Positions 8,319-17,055 of a DNA stretch of 52,988 nucleotides are shown in pieces. Each line of letters begins with the position of its first letter. Position 1 is the first letter of the stretch. Both the position numbers and the translations under genes were made by a program. The notes under the pieces are model-generated. The model was not told the origin of the DNA. It searched no databases and saw only the letters and a list, made by a program, of their open reading frames with translations. The stretch comes from a virus (Duplodnaviria > Caudoviricetes), in IMG/VR virus record IMGVR_UViG_3300046777_001138, positions 1 through 52,988 of that record. One strand, given 5' to 3'.

Positions 8319-10087
8319 TCTCAGTAGAATCCCAGCTAGACCTTCTGAAGCGTAGATTCAAACACTTCACCAAGATCCGTGAAAAGGAGTATGTAGCCTC
8401 ATGTCCGGCTCACGGCGATAATAACCCATCCCTCTCCATCTCAGAGTCTGATTCTGGCAAGGTTCTACTCTATTGTTTTTCTCATGGATGCTCTGCAAAG
8501 AACATCGTAAAGAAGGCAGGTCTAGCCTTCAGTTCAATGGGAGAGATCGTAGAGAAGGATATTGGCCCAGATCTTACCGCTGAGGAAATGGAGCCCGTCA
8601 GTATCAAGCAGTATGATATCTTCGACTGGCCAGTAACCAAGGTCTACAACTACTCCGATGATGAGGGAAGTGTAGTCCTTAAAGTGACACGCAGGGATAG
8701 TGATCCTATCCTGCATGGAATCGAGAAGAAAGCCTTCTTCCAATCTACCAAGAATGACCAAGGAAAGTGGGTCAACAAGGTAGTATCAGGCACTGAGATA
8801 CCTCCCTACAATCTCGGTGACATTCTTTCCTCCACCAAGGATCAGACGATCTATGTGGTAGAGGGGGAGAAGGCCGCTGATATTCTCGGCGATGCTGATC
8901 GCCTGATCGTAACAACTAACCCCGGCGGTGCAGGACGATGGAGCAAGATCTCTTATCGTTTCAAACATGTATTCGCTGGGAGAAACATTGTTATCCTGCC
9001 TGATGCAGATGCAGTGGGACGATCCCACGCTATTGATATTGCATTGGACATGGAAGCAACAGGCGCCAAATCAATCAAGGTCGTTGACCTATGGCCCGGT
9101 GACAATGACGGGAAGGATATCGTTGACTGGCTAAAGGAGCATGAAGTTGATGAATTCCATGGAATTGTTCGTGATGCCAAAACCTTTCAACTGGATCCGA
9201 GTACCACGGGCTTTAGGCTCCCATGCGGGGCGAGCTTTGAGTCACTTGCTCATCCCGACATTGTACTACGAGGTCGTAACTTCCTTGTACCGGGATTGGT
9301 TTTGTCGGGCTCCCTCTGTGTACTGGCCGGTGGCGGGGGAGTGGGAAAGTCATCCCAATGCGGTCACTTGGCCGCAAGAGTCTCTCAGGGCAAGCGTGTA
9401 TTTGGCCTGCCTGCATCCGCCTACATCGACGGAGTACCCAAAGGAAATGTAATCTGGATCAGTAAGGAGGAAGGCGCTGAGACAGAGATTCTTCCCCGTC
9501 TAATCAGCGAGGGAGCAGCGCTAGAACGCATCTTCGTGCTGCGTGAGGGACATGTTGACTTGGACGACCCGGACTCGGTACGGGCCCTCCTATCCGCTAG
9601 GAAACCGAAACTGGTAATCCTAGATCCATTAACCAGTTATCTCAGCGGATCTGAGAATGAGAACCAAGGTATCCGTAAAACCTTGGAGCAACTTCTTCAG
9701 ATCACACAAGAACTTCAATTGGATACAGCCTATGTTGGTCTCGTCCACTTGAACAAGGGTGAAGGTACAGGGGTGAAGCAGGTCCTAGGATCTGTGGGTA
9801 TCCCGAACCTTTCACGATCTACGCTGATGATCACTAAGAACGAAGAGGAGCATTGCTCCGAGCTGAAGGTTGTTAAGTCGAACTTCAGATGTAACACAGG
9901 CACCCTCCGATTCACGATCAATTCGATGATGCCGGAGGAGGCAGAACGACGCATTAAGGCTTCGGGTGTAAGGATGGCTGGCAACACCCGGCGCATAACG
10001 CAAGGTTTTTCACAAGTTGATATCAAGGAATGGGTGGACTCGACTGTCGGGTCAGAGCCTGTATCTTTATCGAGTCAGCCATATTAG
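8315..10087 (+). CDS. Primase-helicase (Zn-binding + TOPRIM + RecA-like AAA_25)
   Basis: CPAHGDNNPSLS...CFSHGC; VVEGEKAAD; PDAD; Walker A AGGGGVGKS; Walker B VILDPL. Confidence 0.9.
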   Translation: MISVESQLDLLKRRFKHFTKIREKEYVASCPAHGDNNPSLSISESDSGKVLLYCFSHGCSAKNIVKKAGLAFSSMGEIVEKDIGPDLTAEEMEPVSIKQYDIFDWPVTKVYNYSDDEGSVVLKVTRRDSDPILHGIEKKAFFQSTKNDQGKWVNKVVSGTEIPPYNLGDILSSTKDQTIYVVEGEKAADILGDADRLIVTTNPGGAGRWSKISYRFKHVFAGRNIVILPDADAVGRSHAIDIALDMEATGAKSIKVVDLWPGDNDGKDIVDWLKEHEVDEFHGIVRDAKTFQLDPSTTGFRLPCGASFESLAHPDIVLRGRNFLVPGLVLSGSLCVLAGGGGVGKSSQCGHLAARVSQGKRVFGLPASAYIDGVPKGNVIWISKEEGAETEILPRLISEGAALERIFVLREGHVDLDDPDSVRALLSARKPKLVILDPLTSYLSGSENENQGIRKTLEQLLQITQELQLDTAYVGLVHLNKGEGTGVKQVLGSVGIPNLSRSTLMITKNEEEHCSELKVVKSNFRCNTGTLRFTINSMMPEEAERRIKASGVRMAGNTRRITQGFSQVDIKEWVDSTVGSEPVSLSSQPY

Positions 10088-10095
10088 GAGTTGAA

Positions 10096-10644
10096 ATGAG
10101 TATTGCTATCGCTAAGGAAGTTGCTGTGCAGTTGTTGAGCAATGCACCTGCAACAGGAATTGAAAAGATCAAGATCGCTAAGGCGATCAAGGATAAACTT
10201 GGACTTCAGGATTGGGCTACGCCCTTTGGATATATCAAGAAGCTGGAGGAGGAAGGACAACTTCACAGCAAGGATTTCTGTTACCCCGGCGCAAAGCCTG
10301 TGTATACCCCGGGTGGTGGTGGGCAACGGTTCCCCAAGCCTAACATTGCCCCTGAGGCCATGGCCAAGTTCAAGCAACAAGTCTTGGATCATTTGGCTAC
10401 CAAGCCTGACGGCAAGGACTTTAAGGATATCCTTACCCGTACCGTCGAGACTCGTGCAGCAATGAATGCTGCTATTCAGGAGTTGAAGGAAGAAGGGAAG
10501 ATCGTCTTCGCTGGGAAAGACGATGCTGGTAGCTGGTACATCGCTCTTCGGCGTACTACCCGTACTCCTGCTGTTCCTGATCCAGTGGATCCCAGCCAGC
10601 CAAAAACTTCTGGGATGAAATCGCAAGATGACTTGCCTTTCTAG
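10096..10644 (+). CDS. Probable tandem winged-helix DNA-binding protein with SSB-like C-terminal tail
   Basis: Repeated IKKLEEEGQL / IQELKEEGKI; ends in DDLPF; lies right after the primase-helicase. Confidence 0.6.
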   Translation: MSIAIAKEVAVQLLSNAPATGIEKIKIAKAIKDKLGLQDWATPFGYIKKLEEEGQLHSKDFCYPGAKPVYTPGGGGQRFPKPNIAPEAMAKFKQQVLDHLATKPDGKDFKDILTRTVETRAAMNAAIQELKEEGKIVFAGKDDAGSWYIALRRTTRTPAVPDPVDPSQPKTSGMKSQDDLPF

Positions 10645-10769
10645 GAAGTGGTGAGTAAGATAGTAGTGTCAAGAACATCTTGTCTGGGGAACCCGGACTG
10701 GCCCAGATGGACTTGATCGGAAAATCTAGCTTCCGTTACGCTAGATGTTTGCTGGTTGCTAACCAGAGT

Positions 10770-10840
10770 GAAGCAATCGTCTAACACTAGGACACCCCTT
10801 ATGATTAGGGGAAATAGAGGATGGCACCCTCTTTGCTTCA
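10770..10840 (+). tRNA. Non-canonical tRNA-like cloverleaf (nominal anticodon TGA; pseudo-tRNA or tRNA mimic)
   Basis: Stems GAAGCAA/TTGCTTC, GTCT/GGAC, CCCCT/AGGGG, AGAGG/CCTCT with canonical spacing; lacks D-loop GG, U33, T-loop TTC and encoded CCA. Confidence 0.7.
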
Positions 10841-11042
10841 ATTACTCACTCAGGCTACTTAACTCATTGTTTGCTCAATGGGCCAACCAGCGTGAACTAC
10901 TGAGTGGGTATCTTTTTACGCTGTGGTAGGATGGGATGTTTTCATCATTTCCTGTCACTCCACATGGTTCTGCTGAAGGCGAAGGATGTCAAGCAGGATC
11001 TCCACAGCGTACTAATTCCATCTGTTCGCTACCGATGGACCA

Positions 11043-11081
11043 GCCCTCACTAGCCAGCCTCCGGTTAGTGGGGGCCTTTTT
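11043..11081 (+). terminator. Intrinsic terminator
   Basis: 13-bp stem GCCCTCACTAGCC/GGTTAGTGGGGGC then CTTTTT. Confidence 0.85.
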
Positions 11082-11097
11082 GTATAAGGATGTGAGT

Positions 11098-11310
11098 ATG
11101 ACTATTAAGGAACTGCGTGATACTCTTAATGACCATATTGAAAATGGATATGGTAATGTGGATGTTCTTGCGAGAGATGTTTATGGGGATATACTTCCTA
11201 TAGATACGGAAGTTAATCCTACTACTGATCATGCAAGGGGAACTTATTTACTATTGGAAGGTAACGAAATAATATGGAATGGGGAATTGTTGCCTATTTC
11301 GCAAGTATGA
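11098..11310 (+). CDS. Small hypothetical protein
   Basis: MTIKELRDTL...; RBS AAGGA; the upstream part of the track ORF overlaps the RNA structures. Confidence 0.65.
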   Translation: MTIKELRDTLNDHIENGYGNVDVLARDVYGDILPIDTEVNPTTDHARGTYLLLEGNEIIWNGELLPISQV

Positions 11311-11377
11311 TTATTGCATACACTATCGGTGTTCGATGGGCAGTGCGTGTGGTGGATCAGTTCTTTAAGGAGAAGCA

Positions 11378-11923
11378 ATGAACTTCGCCGACCAACCCAA
11401 ACAGACACGCTACGATGAAGCAGCATCGCTTACCCAGCGTCTACTCCGTACAATATCCGGTAAACTTCCCATGGAGTACCAGATCAAGTCTACCGCTGGT
11501 GGAGGCATAGACGACATATCTGGTCACGATGCAATCGTAGTCACTCCGTCAGGGGAGTTCTCGGTACAGATATCGATCAGACCAACATATCATTTTGCCT
11601 ACCAAGACATTCTCTGGGAACGCTGGGAATACCCTGCAATGTCTGAACGGGTGAACGGAAGGAGCCAGAATTATGACTTCAACGCATGGTGGCATCTGGT
11701 CAGGCTGGCTGATGAAAACGATTGGGTGTGGTACGAATGTTCTCGGCGTAAACTACATGATGCTGTAAATCGGATGGACATTGCATTTTTCAATGGTGAA
11801 ATGCGTACGGATTGTGGTATGATAAAGTGGATCGGGGAAAAGCCGGGTGATCCGGCGAAGCTGCTGTACTGCTTCAACCCTGAGAAAGTAGCCAGTAGGT
11901 TTCAAAGGATTACGGTGAGGTGA
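11378..11923 (+). CDS. Hypothetical protein, possible PD-(D/E)XK nuclease fold
   Basis: RBS AAGGAG; DDISGHDAIV...FSVQISIR resembles a D-x-G-x-D...Q-x-K core, with the Lys absent. Confidence 0.55.
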   Translation: MNFADQPKQTRYDEAASLTQRLLRTISGKLPMEYQIKSTAGGGIDDISGHDAIVVTPSGEFSVQISIRPTYHFAYQDILWERWEYPAMSERVNGRSQNYDFNAWWHLVRLADENDWVWYECSRRKLHDAVNRMDIAFFNGEMRTDCGMIKWIGEKPGDPAKLLYCFNPEKVASRFQRITVR

Positions 11924-11926
11924 TGG

Positions 11927-13696
11927 ATGTTCAAGAAGGCCAGTGGAAGAACCGATGTAAACACTGTGGAATACACTTTTATACACACGATTTCACAAAT
12001 CAATTATGTACTCCATGCAATAACGGCCTCTTCGATCTTATCGCTAGATACGGAGACAACGGGGCTTCAGCCGTTCCACGACAGCAAGATGCGTCTCCTA
12101 ACGATCAGGACAGACGCTGAGGAAACCTTTGTCATTGACTGCTTTATGGTTGATCCTAGGCCAGTCTTAGAGGCTATTAGGCATAAGGTTGTAATCGCAC
12201 ACAATTGGGCCTTTGATGGCCCATTCCTGATCCAGCATGGGTTCGACTACGCTGCCAACTCTCTTCGTGATACGCTGATCGGGTCATTCTTGCTAAATGT
12301 AGGCTACAAGACTTCAAACAGCCTTGCCAGCGTGTTATCCATGCAACTCGGTATCGAGATGGATAAGGAGCACCAGAAGTCTGATTGGTCTGGTGCATTA
12401 ACAAAGGAGCAGCTTGATTACGCAGCGTTGGATGTTCAATATCTGATTCCTTTACATCAGAAGTTGGTCTGTCTTCTCAAAGAACAAAGGATGATGAAGA
12501 TATGGAGACTGGAACACAAGACTTTGAAAGCCGTTCTGTGGATGCGTATGAACGGTGTGGCAGTGGACCGGAACCGCTGGATCACCCTCTACAACCAAGC
12601 CATCTCCAAGCGTACCAGACTGGTTCAGGAACTGAAGGAGATGGTTCCACCGAGAACATTTGGGTCGCCGTATTCGTGGCGCAAGCCGACAGATATCAAA
12701 CAGGCGGCTGGTCGATTGGGGATCCCTCTGGAGAGTACCAACAAAGCCTCCCTAGCGTTGCTCGGTGATTATCCCTTCGTCAACAAGATTCAGGAATGGA
12801 GAAAGTGTGACCAAGTCATCAAAACTTTTGGACCAGATTGGTTGTCGTTTAGGGGCTCTGATGGACGAGTTCACGCTGAGTTCGTTCAGTGCCGTCCGGA
12901 GACTGGACGATTCAGTTGTAATAACCCTAACATGCAACAGATCCCAAGGGGATCCCACCGAAAATGTTTCGTGGCAGATGAAGGATGGTCAATTGTTAAA
13001 GCAGACTACTCCACCATCGAGTTAAGGATGGCAGCTAAACTAGCCAAGGAACCATCCATGCGTCAAGCATTCCTAGATAAGGAAGACTTGCATACCAAAA
13101 CCGCTAAGGATGCACTCGGCGTAGAGAAGCCTACCAAGGAAGATAGGACTCTGGCCAAGGCTTTGAACTTCGGCCTACTCTACGGTTGCGGTGCTAGTAC
13201 GCTGAGGACACAGCTTGCTGCTAACTGGGGTATGGTACTTCCGCTGGAAAAGGTTCAATTACTCAAGACCAAGTTCTTCAAGGCATATCGTGGGTTGAAG
13301 AAATGGCATAACAAGGTCAAACGAAAGAAGCCTACTACGATTAGGACTCCATGGGGCAGGATGCGATACAACCTGATTGACACGCAGGTTCAGGATAAGA
13401 AGACAAAGAAGTGGAAGACAAAGGAACCATTTACTCAGCGTGTGAACACACCAGTTCAGGCTACATCCGCTGATGGAATGAAACAAGCTATTGCTGATCT
13501 TTGGGATCAAAGGAATAAGTACCCAATTAAATTACTACTTGTAGTCCATGATGAAATTGTATTAACTTGTCCTGATTATTGTGCAACAGAAGTTGCAGAC
13601 TGGCTTAAGATGATAATGACAAAGGCGATGCAGCCTCTGCTAGGGGATATTCCTTGTGAGGTAGAAGCCACTATTGGAAAGACATGGGGTGGTTAG
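11927..13696 (+). CDS. polA: Family A DNA polymerase with 3'-5' exonuclease
   Basis: LDTETTGL, HNWAFD, YAALD; TGRFSCNNPNMQQIP; ADYSTIELR; RTLAKALNFGLLYG; VHDEIV. Confidence 0.96.
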   Translation: MFKKASGRTDVNTVEYTFIHTISQINYVLHAITASSILSLDTETTGLQPFHDSKMRLLTIRTDAEETFVIDCFMVDPRPVLEAIRHKVVIAHNWAFDGPFLIQHGFDYAANSLRDTLIGSFLLNVGYKTSNSLASVLSMQLGIEMDKEHQKSDWSGALTKEQLDYAALDVQYLIPLHQKLVCLLKEQRMMKIWRLEHKTLKAVLWMRMNGVAVDRNRWITLYNQAISKRTRLVQELKEMVPPRTFGSPYSWRKPTDIKQAAGRLGIPLESTNKASLALLGDYPFVNKIQEWRKCDQVIKTFGPDWLSFRGSDGRVHAEFVQCRPETGRFSCNNPNMQQIPRGSHRKCFVADEGWSIVKADYSTIELRMAAKLAKEPSMRQAFLDKEDLHTKTAKDALGVEKPTKEDRTLAKALNFGLLYGCGASTLRTQLAANWGMVLPLEKVQLLKTKFFKAYRGLKKWHNKVKRKKPTTIRTPWGRMRYNLIDTQVQDKKTKKWKTKEPFTQRVNTPVQATSADGMKQAIADLWDQRNKYPIKLLLVVHDEIVLTCPDYCATEVADWLKMIMTKAMQPLLGDIPCEVEATIGKTWGG

Positions 13697-13697
13697 G

Positions 13698-13901
13698 ATG
13701 ACAGAGCGTGAAATGGGATTGAGACAGTTTGACTACCCTTGGTATGCTGACGGCGAATCAATAATGGATCGCCGTGGTAATGTTGTGGCCGTGGTAAGTA
13801 ATAGTAGATTCGCAAACTTTATCGTTCATTGTGTCAAGAACGGAAAAGATGCAACCATGGACTCTTGGGCGAAAGCTGGGATTGAATATGAGCTGGCTTA
13901 A
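13698..13901 (+). CDS. Small hypothetical protein
   Basis: Fills the gap between polA and the next gene. Confidence 0.6.
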   Translation: MTEREMGLRQFDYPWYADGESIMDRRGNVVAVVSNSRFANFIVHCVKNGKDATMDSWAKAGIEYELA

Positions 13902-14490
13902 CGCATCAGACGCTGACAAACCTACCCCGAAGGACTGGGCTATCGTCCAAGGGATTGCCACCCAAATCCATGACATCCTCCAGCGTTCAGATGATCCCAA
14001 CTGGAACCTAAAGTATGACAGGATCTTTGACCGTATCATGGACCGGATGCTATCCGGCGATCAAATCTGGTGGGCTAATGCTCAGGTAGTCCATCTTCTC
14101 AGCGAAGACGAGATCGCTAGGAAGTCTATCTCGTGTGAGTTCCAAGTATCTAGGAACCGCTGGAAGAACTTGAAGGTCGAGGACAAGATTGATGTTCGTC
14201 AGGCTCTCTTAGATGTGGTAGTAAACGAGGATTGCACCCTGACACCGATGGAAGGATTCATCCTAATCTGTCGGTATGTTCATGGCGTATCCATGTCAGC
14301 CATTGGTGAGATGCTCGGGTATGACCGACAGTTTATCTCATCAGCACTTGACGCCATCGCTGAGAAACTTATACTTGAGATGGGTGAGAGGGTGGATGTT
14401 CATGTAGCATCCGAGCCTGAGCCAATAGTGATGAAAGAAGTGAAGTTTGATTCTCGGTTTGTTCCCGGGGCTCATAGGAGGGCTCGGTAA
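13888..14490 (+). CDS. Sigma70 region 4-like HTH protein (possible late-transcription factor)
   Basis: LTPMEGFILICRYVHGVSMSAIGEMLGYDRQFISSALDAIAEKL. Confidence 0.65.
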   Translation: MSWLNASDADKPTPKDWAIVQGIATQIHDILQRSDDPNWNLKYDRIFDRIMDRMLSGDQIWWANAQVVHLLSEDEIARKSISCEFQVSRNRWKNLKVEDKIDVRQALLDVVVNEDCTLTPMEGFILICRYVHGVSMSAIGEMLGYDRQFISSALDAIAEKLILEMGERVDVHVASEPEPIVMKEVKFDSRFVPGAHRRAR

Positions 14491-14963
14491 TGGCAGTACA
14501 AAGCAGTAATCAGAGTTCTCTATCCCTTGCTAGTCAGGGAGGAGACATCGTACTAGATGTCAAGGACAATTCCCCGATCCATGTCCGTATCACGGAGTCT
14601 AGGGAGATCACCCCATCTGTCGGCGATGCTCTTAATGTCTATGGATGGGTAGCTATCAATGCTAACACCAATGGACTCACGCTGGAAGATGATGAACTGT
14701 TTGGCCGTGGAGTAGTACTAGATCCCGGTACTACCGGAACACCTAGTACATTTATTTTATACAATCCTATCGTTACCCAAGGTCTGACAGTAGACCAAGA
14801 AGTGTTTATTAAGTCTCGTGGGTATTACACATTCAGCTACGCTGAACCTCGTGGTGAAGTGGAAGCGTCTACGATGATCTGGGATGTACTCGGTGGAGGA
14901 TCTGGATCCGCTGGGGTAACCAGTGTACAATGTACGGCTAACATTCTTGTGGTTGCATACTAG
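14490..14963 (+). CDS. Probable virion/tail-tip protein
   Basis: Beta-rich composition; ends GGGSGSAGVTSVQCTANILVVAY. Confidence 0.55.
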   Translation: MAVQSSNQSSLSLASQGGDIVLDVKDNSPIHVRITESREITPSVGDALNVYGWVAINANTNGLTLEDDELFGRGVVLDPGTTGTPSTFILYNPIVTQGLTVDQEVFIKSRGYYTFSYAEPRGEVEASTMIWDVLGGGSGSAGVTSVQCTANILVVAY

Positions 14964-14968
14964 GGGTA

Positions 14969-15163
14969 ATGATGTACACAATACATATGGATGAATACAA
15001 AAGGGATGTGTGGATAAGTCCGTACATGAAAAATGTAGAATTGCATTTTGAGATTGACGGTGAAACACTGGTGTATCAATTTACACCTAAGGTAGCCAAA
15101 GACATTGCAGCCGATCTTATTCGATTCGCTGATGACATAGAAAAGTTTGGTCCACATGCCTAG
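14969..15163 (+). CDS. Small hypothetical protein (family with 3537 and 43977)
   Basis: FTPKVAKDIAADLIRFADDIE. Confidence 0.65.
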   Translation: MMYTIHMDEYKRDVWISPYMKNVELHFEIDGETLVYQFTPKVAKDIAADLIRFADDIEKFGPHA

Positions 15164-15596
15164 TTTCAATTGTTACTCCGATCAGTCTTCACCAGATGAA
15201 GCATTGCTCAGGCCATGGCCCAAGTGTGGCATTGAATCCTTGCCGTCATCCATATCTGGTACAGTAAGTTATTCCGGTACTGCGCCTTTAGTGTGTCCCT
15301 ACGCTGACGGTACCTATGCAGTAACATGGACGCAGAACAATCCATGTTCCACAACTTATATAACAGTTGGGCACCCGATTGCTATTACGATCAATCTCCC
15401 AGCGTATATACCGGGTGAACATGATACTGGCACAGGAATATTTGGGTTCACTACGAACTATGTTACCACAGCGTTGAACCAAGGCTCATGCGTGTGGGAT
15501 GGGACTAATTGGGTATTCTCAGCGAACTGGTCTGGGTTCCTAGTAGTAGGAGCAGAGACTTGTTCGATGGCTGTTGAAATAACAGGAGTAGGATAA
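15156..15596 (+). CDS. Cys/Thr/Gly-rich probable tail-associated protein
   Basis: CGIESLPSSISGTV...; charge-poor, beta-rich. Confidence 0.55.
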   Translation: MPSFNCYSDQSSPDEALLRPWPKCGIESLPSSISGTVSYSGTAPLVCPYADGTYAVTWTQNNPCSTTYITVGHPIAITINLPAYIPGEHDTGTGIFGFTTNYVTTALNQGSCVWDGTNWVFSANWSGFLVVGAETCSMAVEITGVG

Positions 15597-15796
15597 TGGA
15601 TAATGGATTGGAGAAGGAGTATGAGAACGCTGAGGAATACTACCAGACCATACGAGAGATATTTGTTGAATTGATCGACAAAGATACTACCGAATTTTAT
15701 TTGACAGCCTGCTTCTATCGATTTATGGATGCTCGGCGTAGAGTACTTGATCTACGCAATGCACTACTCACTTCCAGAGTAAACAATAATGGGTAG
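15596..15796 (+). CDS. Small helical hypothetical protein
   Basis: TAATG coupling; RBS GGAG. Confidence 0.6.
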   Translation: MDNGLEKEYENAEEYYQTIREIFVELIDKDTTEFYLTACFYRFMDARRRVLDLRNALLTSRVNNNG

Positions 15797-16886
15797 AGGC
15801 TTTCACGCTACACGCCTACAAGGCTCCTGCTTTTCCAATGTCCTGTCTGGGTATCAACTCGGACAGGCTACTGCCCACATTGTATGGGGTGTGAACGATG
15901 TAGCTGCCCCACAGACTGACATTACATCCGGTGGATGTTGGTATGATTCAACGCATACTAGCTACCCTATGGTTCCTACGCTGAAGGGTAAATCCTCCTA
16001 CGCATACGGTTACACTCCACAGACTGGTGATAAGGAATTACCCAGCGAATGGTATTTTGACCTAGCCGAGTTGGATAGCAAGGTAGGTCCATACAAGATT
16101 ACTAATCCATTCTTCCCGATCTATTCAAAGACTATTAAGGGATTCAGGTTCAAGAACAGTCAATGTGTTCTTCCTCTGGTGAAGAAGAGATCCAATGTAT
16201 CCCCGATCATGCAGGGGTTCACAGATGTGTATTGGACTGACTTCTATCCTCAGGATCCTTTACAGACTGACATTGGAACGGATTGGCTAGGTAACATCTA
16301 CAACGATGGTGCATCAGCCAGTCAATACATGATGCACTCCGCTGGAGTAACGGAGCCATTCCTTGGCGAAGAGTTTTACGAGGATACTGAGTCAAGTATC
16401 GACAAGTCAAAAGCAGACTACCAGATTGGATTCAGCCCATTCTGTGATCCCATCAAGATCTACAACGATCAGAACACTCAGATTGGATCCGCCGACGGTA
16501 TGGCTTTCCAGCTCTTCATCTTCAACGGGATGATCAAGGATCGTCTCAAACCGGTGTTAAAGCCTGAGGATCCTACTCGATACCTTGATACTGAACTACA
16601 GTATTTTTCCGTGGAATTATGGTCATATTTATCGGTCACCTCGCTGCCCGGATATACGCTTAAGAGTCCTAGGCTATTCACGGAGCGTTGGTGGTATTAC
16701 ACTCAGGAAGGGTTGAAGACTGGATCGGTATCTCCCAGCGACCCTTACTTCTTCCTCACCAACTCGATGAAACAGACCAGAAGCATTCAGTTCAACTTGG
16801 CGGATAACTCAAACAATCCCCTGCATACGCCGACGAAGGCATATACAATACCTTGGTCAGGCGGTCGTATCTATCTTACAGCGTGA
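15789..16886 (+). CDS. Probable tail-associated protein
   Basis: 365-aa aromatic/beta-rich ORF within the virion-like cassette. Confidence 0.55.
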   Translation: MGRGFHATRLQGSCFSNVLSGYQLGQATAHIVWGVNDVAAPQTDITSGGCWYDSTHTSYPMVPTLKGKSSYAYGYTPQTGDKELPSEWYFDLAELDSKVGPYKITNPFFPIYSKTIKGFRFKNSQCVLPLVKKRSNVSPIMQGFTDVYWTDFYPQDPLQTDIGTDWLGNIYNDGASASQYMMHSAGVTEPFLGEEFYEDTESSIDKSKADYQIGFSPFCDPIKIYNDQNTQIGSADGMAFQLFIFNGMIKDRLKPVLKPEDPTRYLDTELQYFSVELWSYLSVTSLPGYTLKSPRLFTERWWYYTQEGLKTGSVSPSDPYFFLTNSMKQTRSIQFNLADNSNNPLHTPTKAYTIPWSGGRIYLTA

Positions 16887-16894
16887 GGTGAGTT

Positions 16895-17053
16895 ATGCAA
16901 GGATTATACATAGCGATCTTCTTTCTTTCCTGCCTAGGTCTTGCAGACATCGCTACTACTCGTGACAAGATACCAGAGTCTGAAGTGAAGGTAAAGTTTT
17001 ACTTGATCGTAGCTATGATGTGTATTCTTGGCCTCCTTACTTGTAGGATCTAG
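16895..17053 (+). CDS. Small two-TM membrane protein (52 aa, not in ORF track)
   Basis: RBS GAGGTG; MQGLYIAIFFLSCLGL...FYLIVAMMCILGLLTCRI. Confidence 0.65.
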   Translation: MQGLYIAIFFLSCLGLADIATTRDKIPESEVKVKFYLIVAMMCILGLLTCRI

Positions 17054-17055
17054 TA

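Larger units (their letters stand above)
10660..11081 (+). ncRNA. Candidate multi-domain structured non-coding RNA region
   Basis: No credible ORF; nearly continuous helices: ATCTAGC/GCTAGAT, CTGGTT/AACCAG, a cloverleaf, TACTCACTCAG/CTGAGTGGGTA, TACGCTGTGG/CCACAGCGTA, TCCATC/GATGGA, terminator. Confidence 0.65.

Noticed and set aside
10770-10840. Functional tRNA-Ser(UGA) or stop-codon suppressor
   Set aside because: No long variable arm, U33, T-loop consensus or CCA; genes end normally at TAA, TAG and TGA, so there is no sign of recoding
10965-11011. Hammerhead ribozyme (CTGAAGG...GAA)
   Set aside because: Does not match CUGANGA...GAAA with the required stems
10936-11097. N-terminal extension of ORF 10936..11310
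   Set aside because: Runs through RNA structures and a terminator; a better RBS precedes ATG 11098
11920-12120. 66-aa CxxC...CxxC ORF overlapping the polA start
   Set aside because: Lies almost wholly within the exonuclease coding region in another frame; it has a plausible RBS so is not fully excluded, but is unsupported
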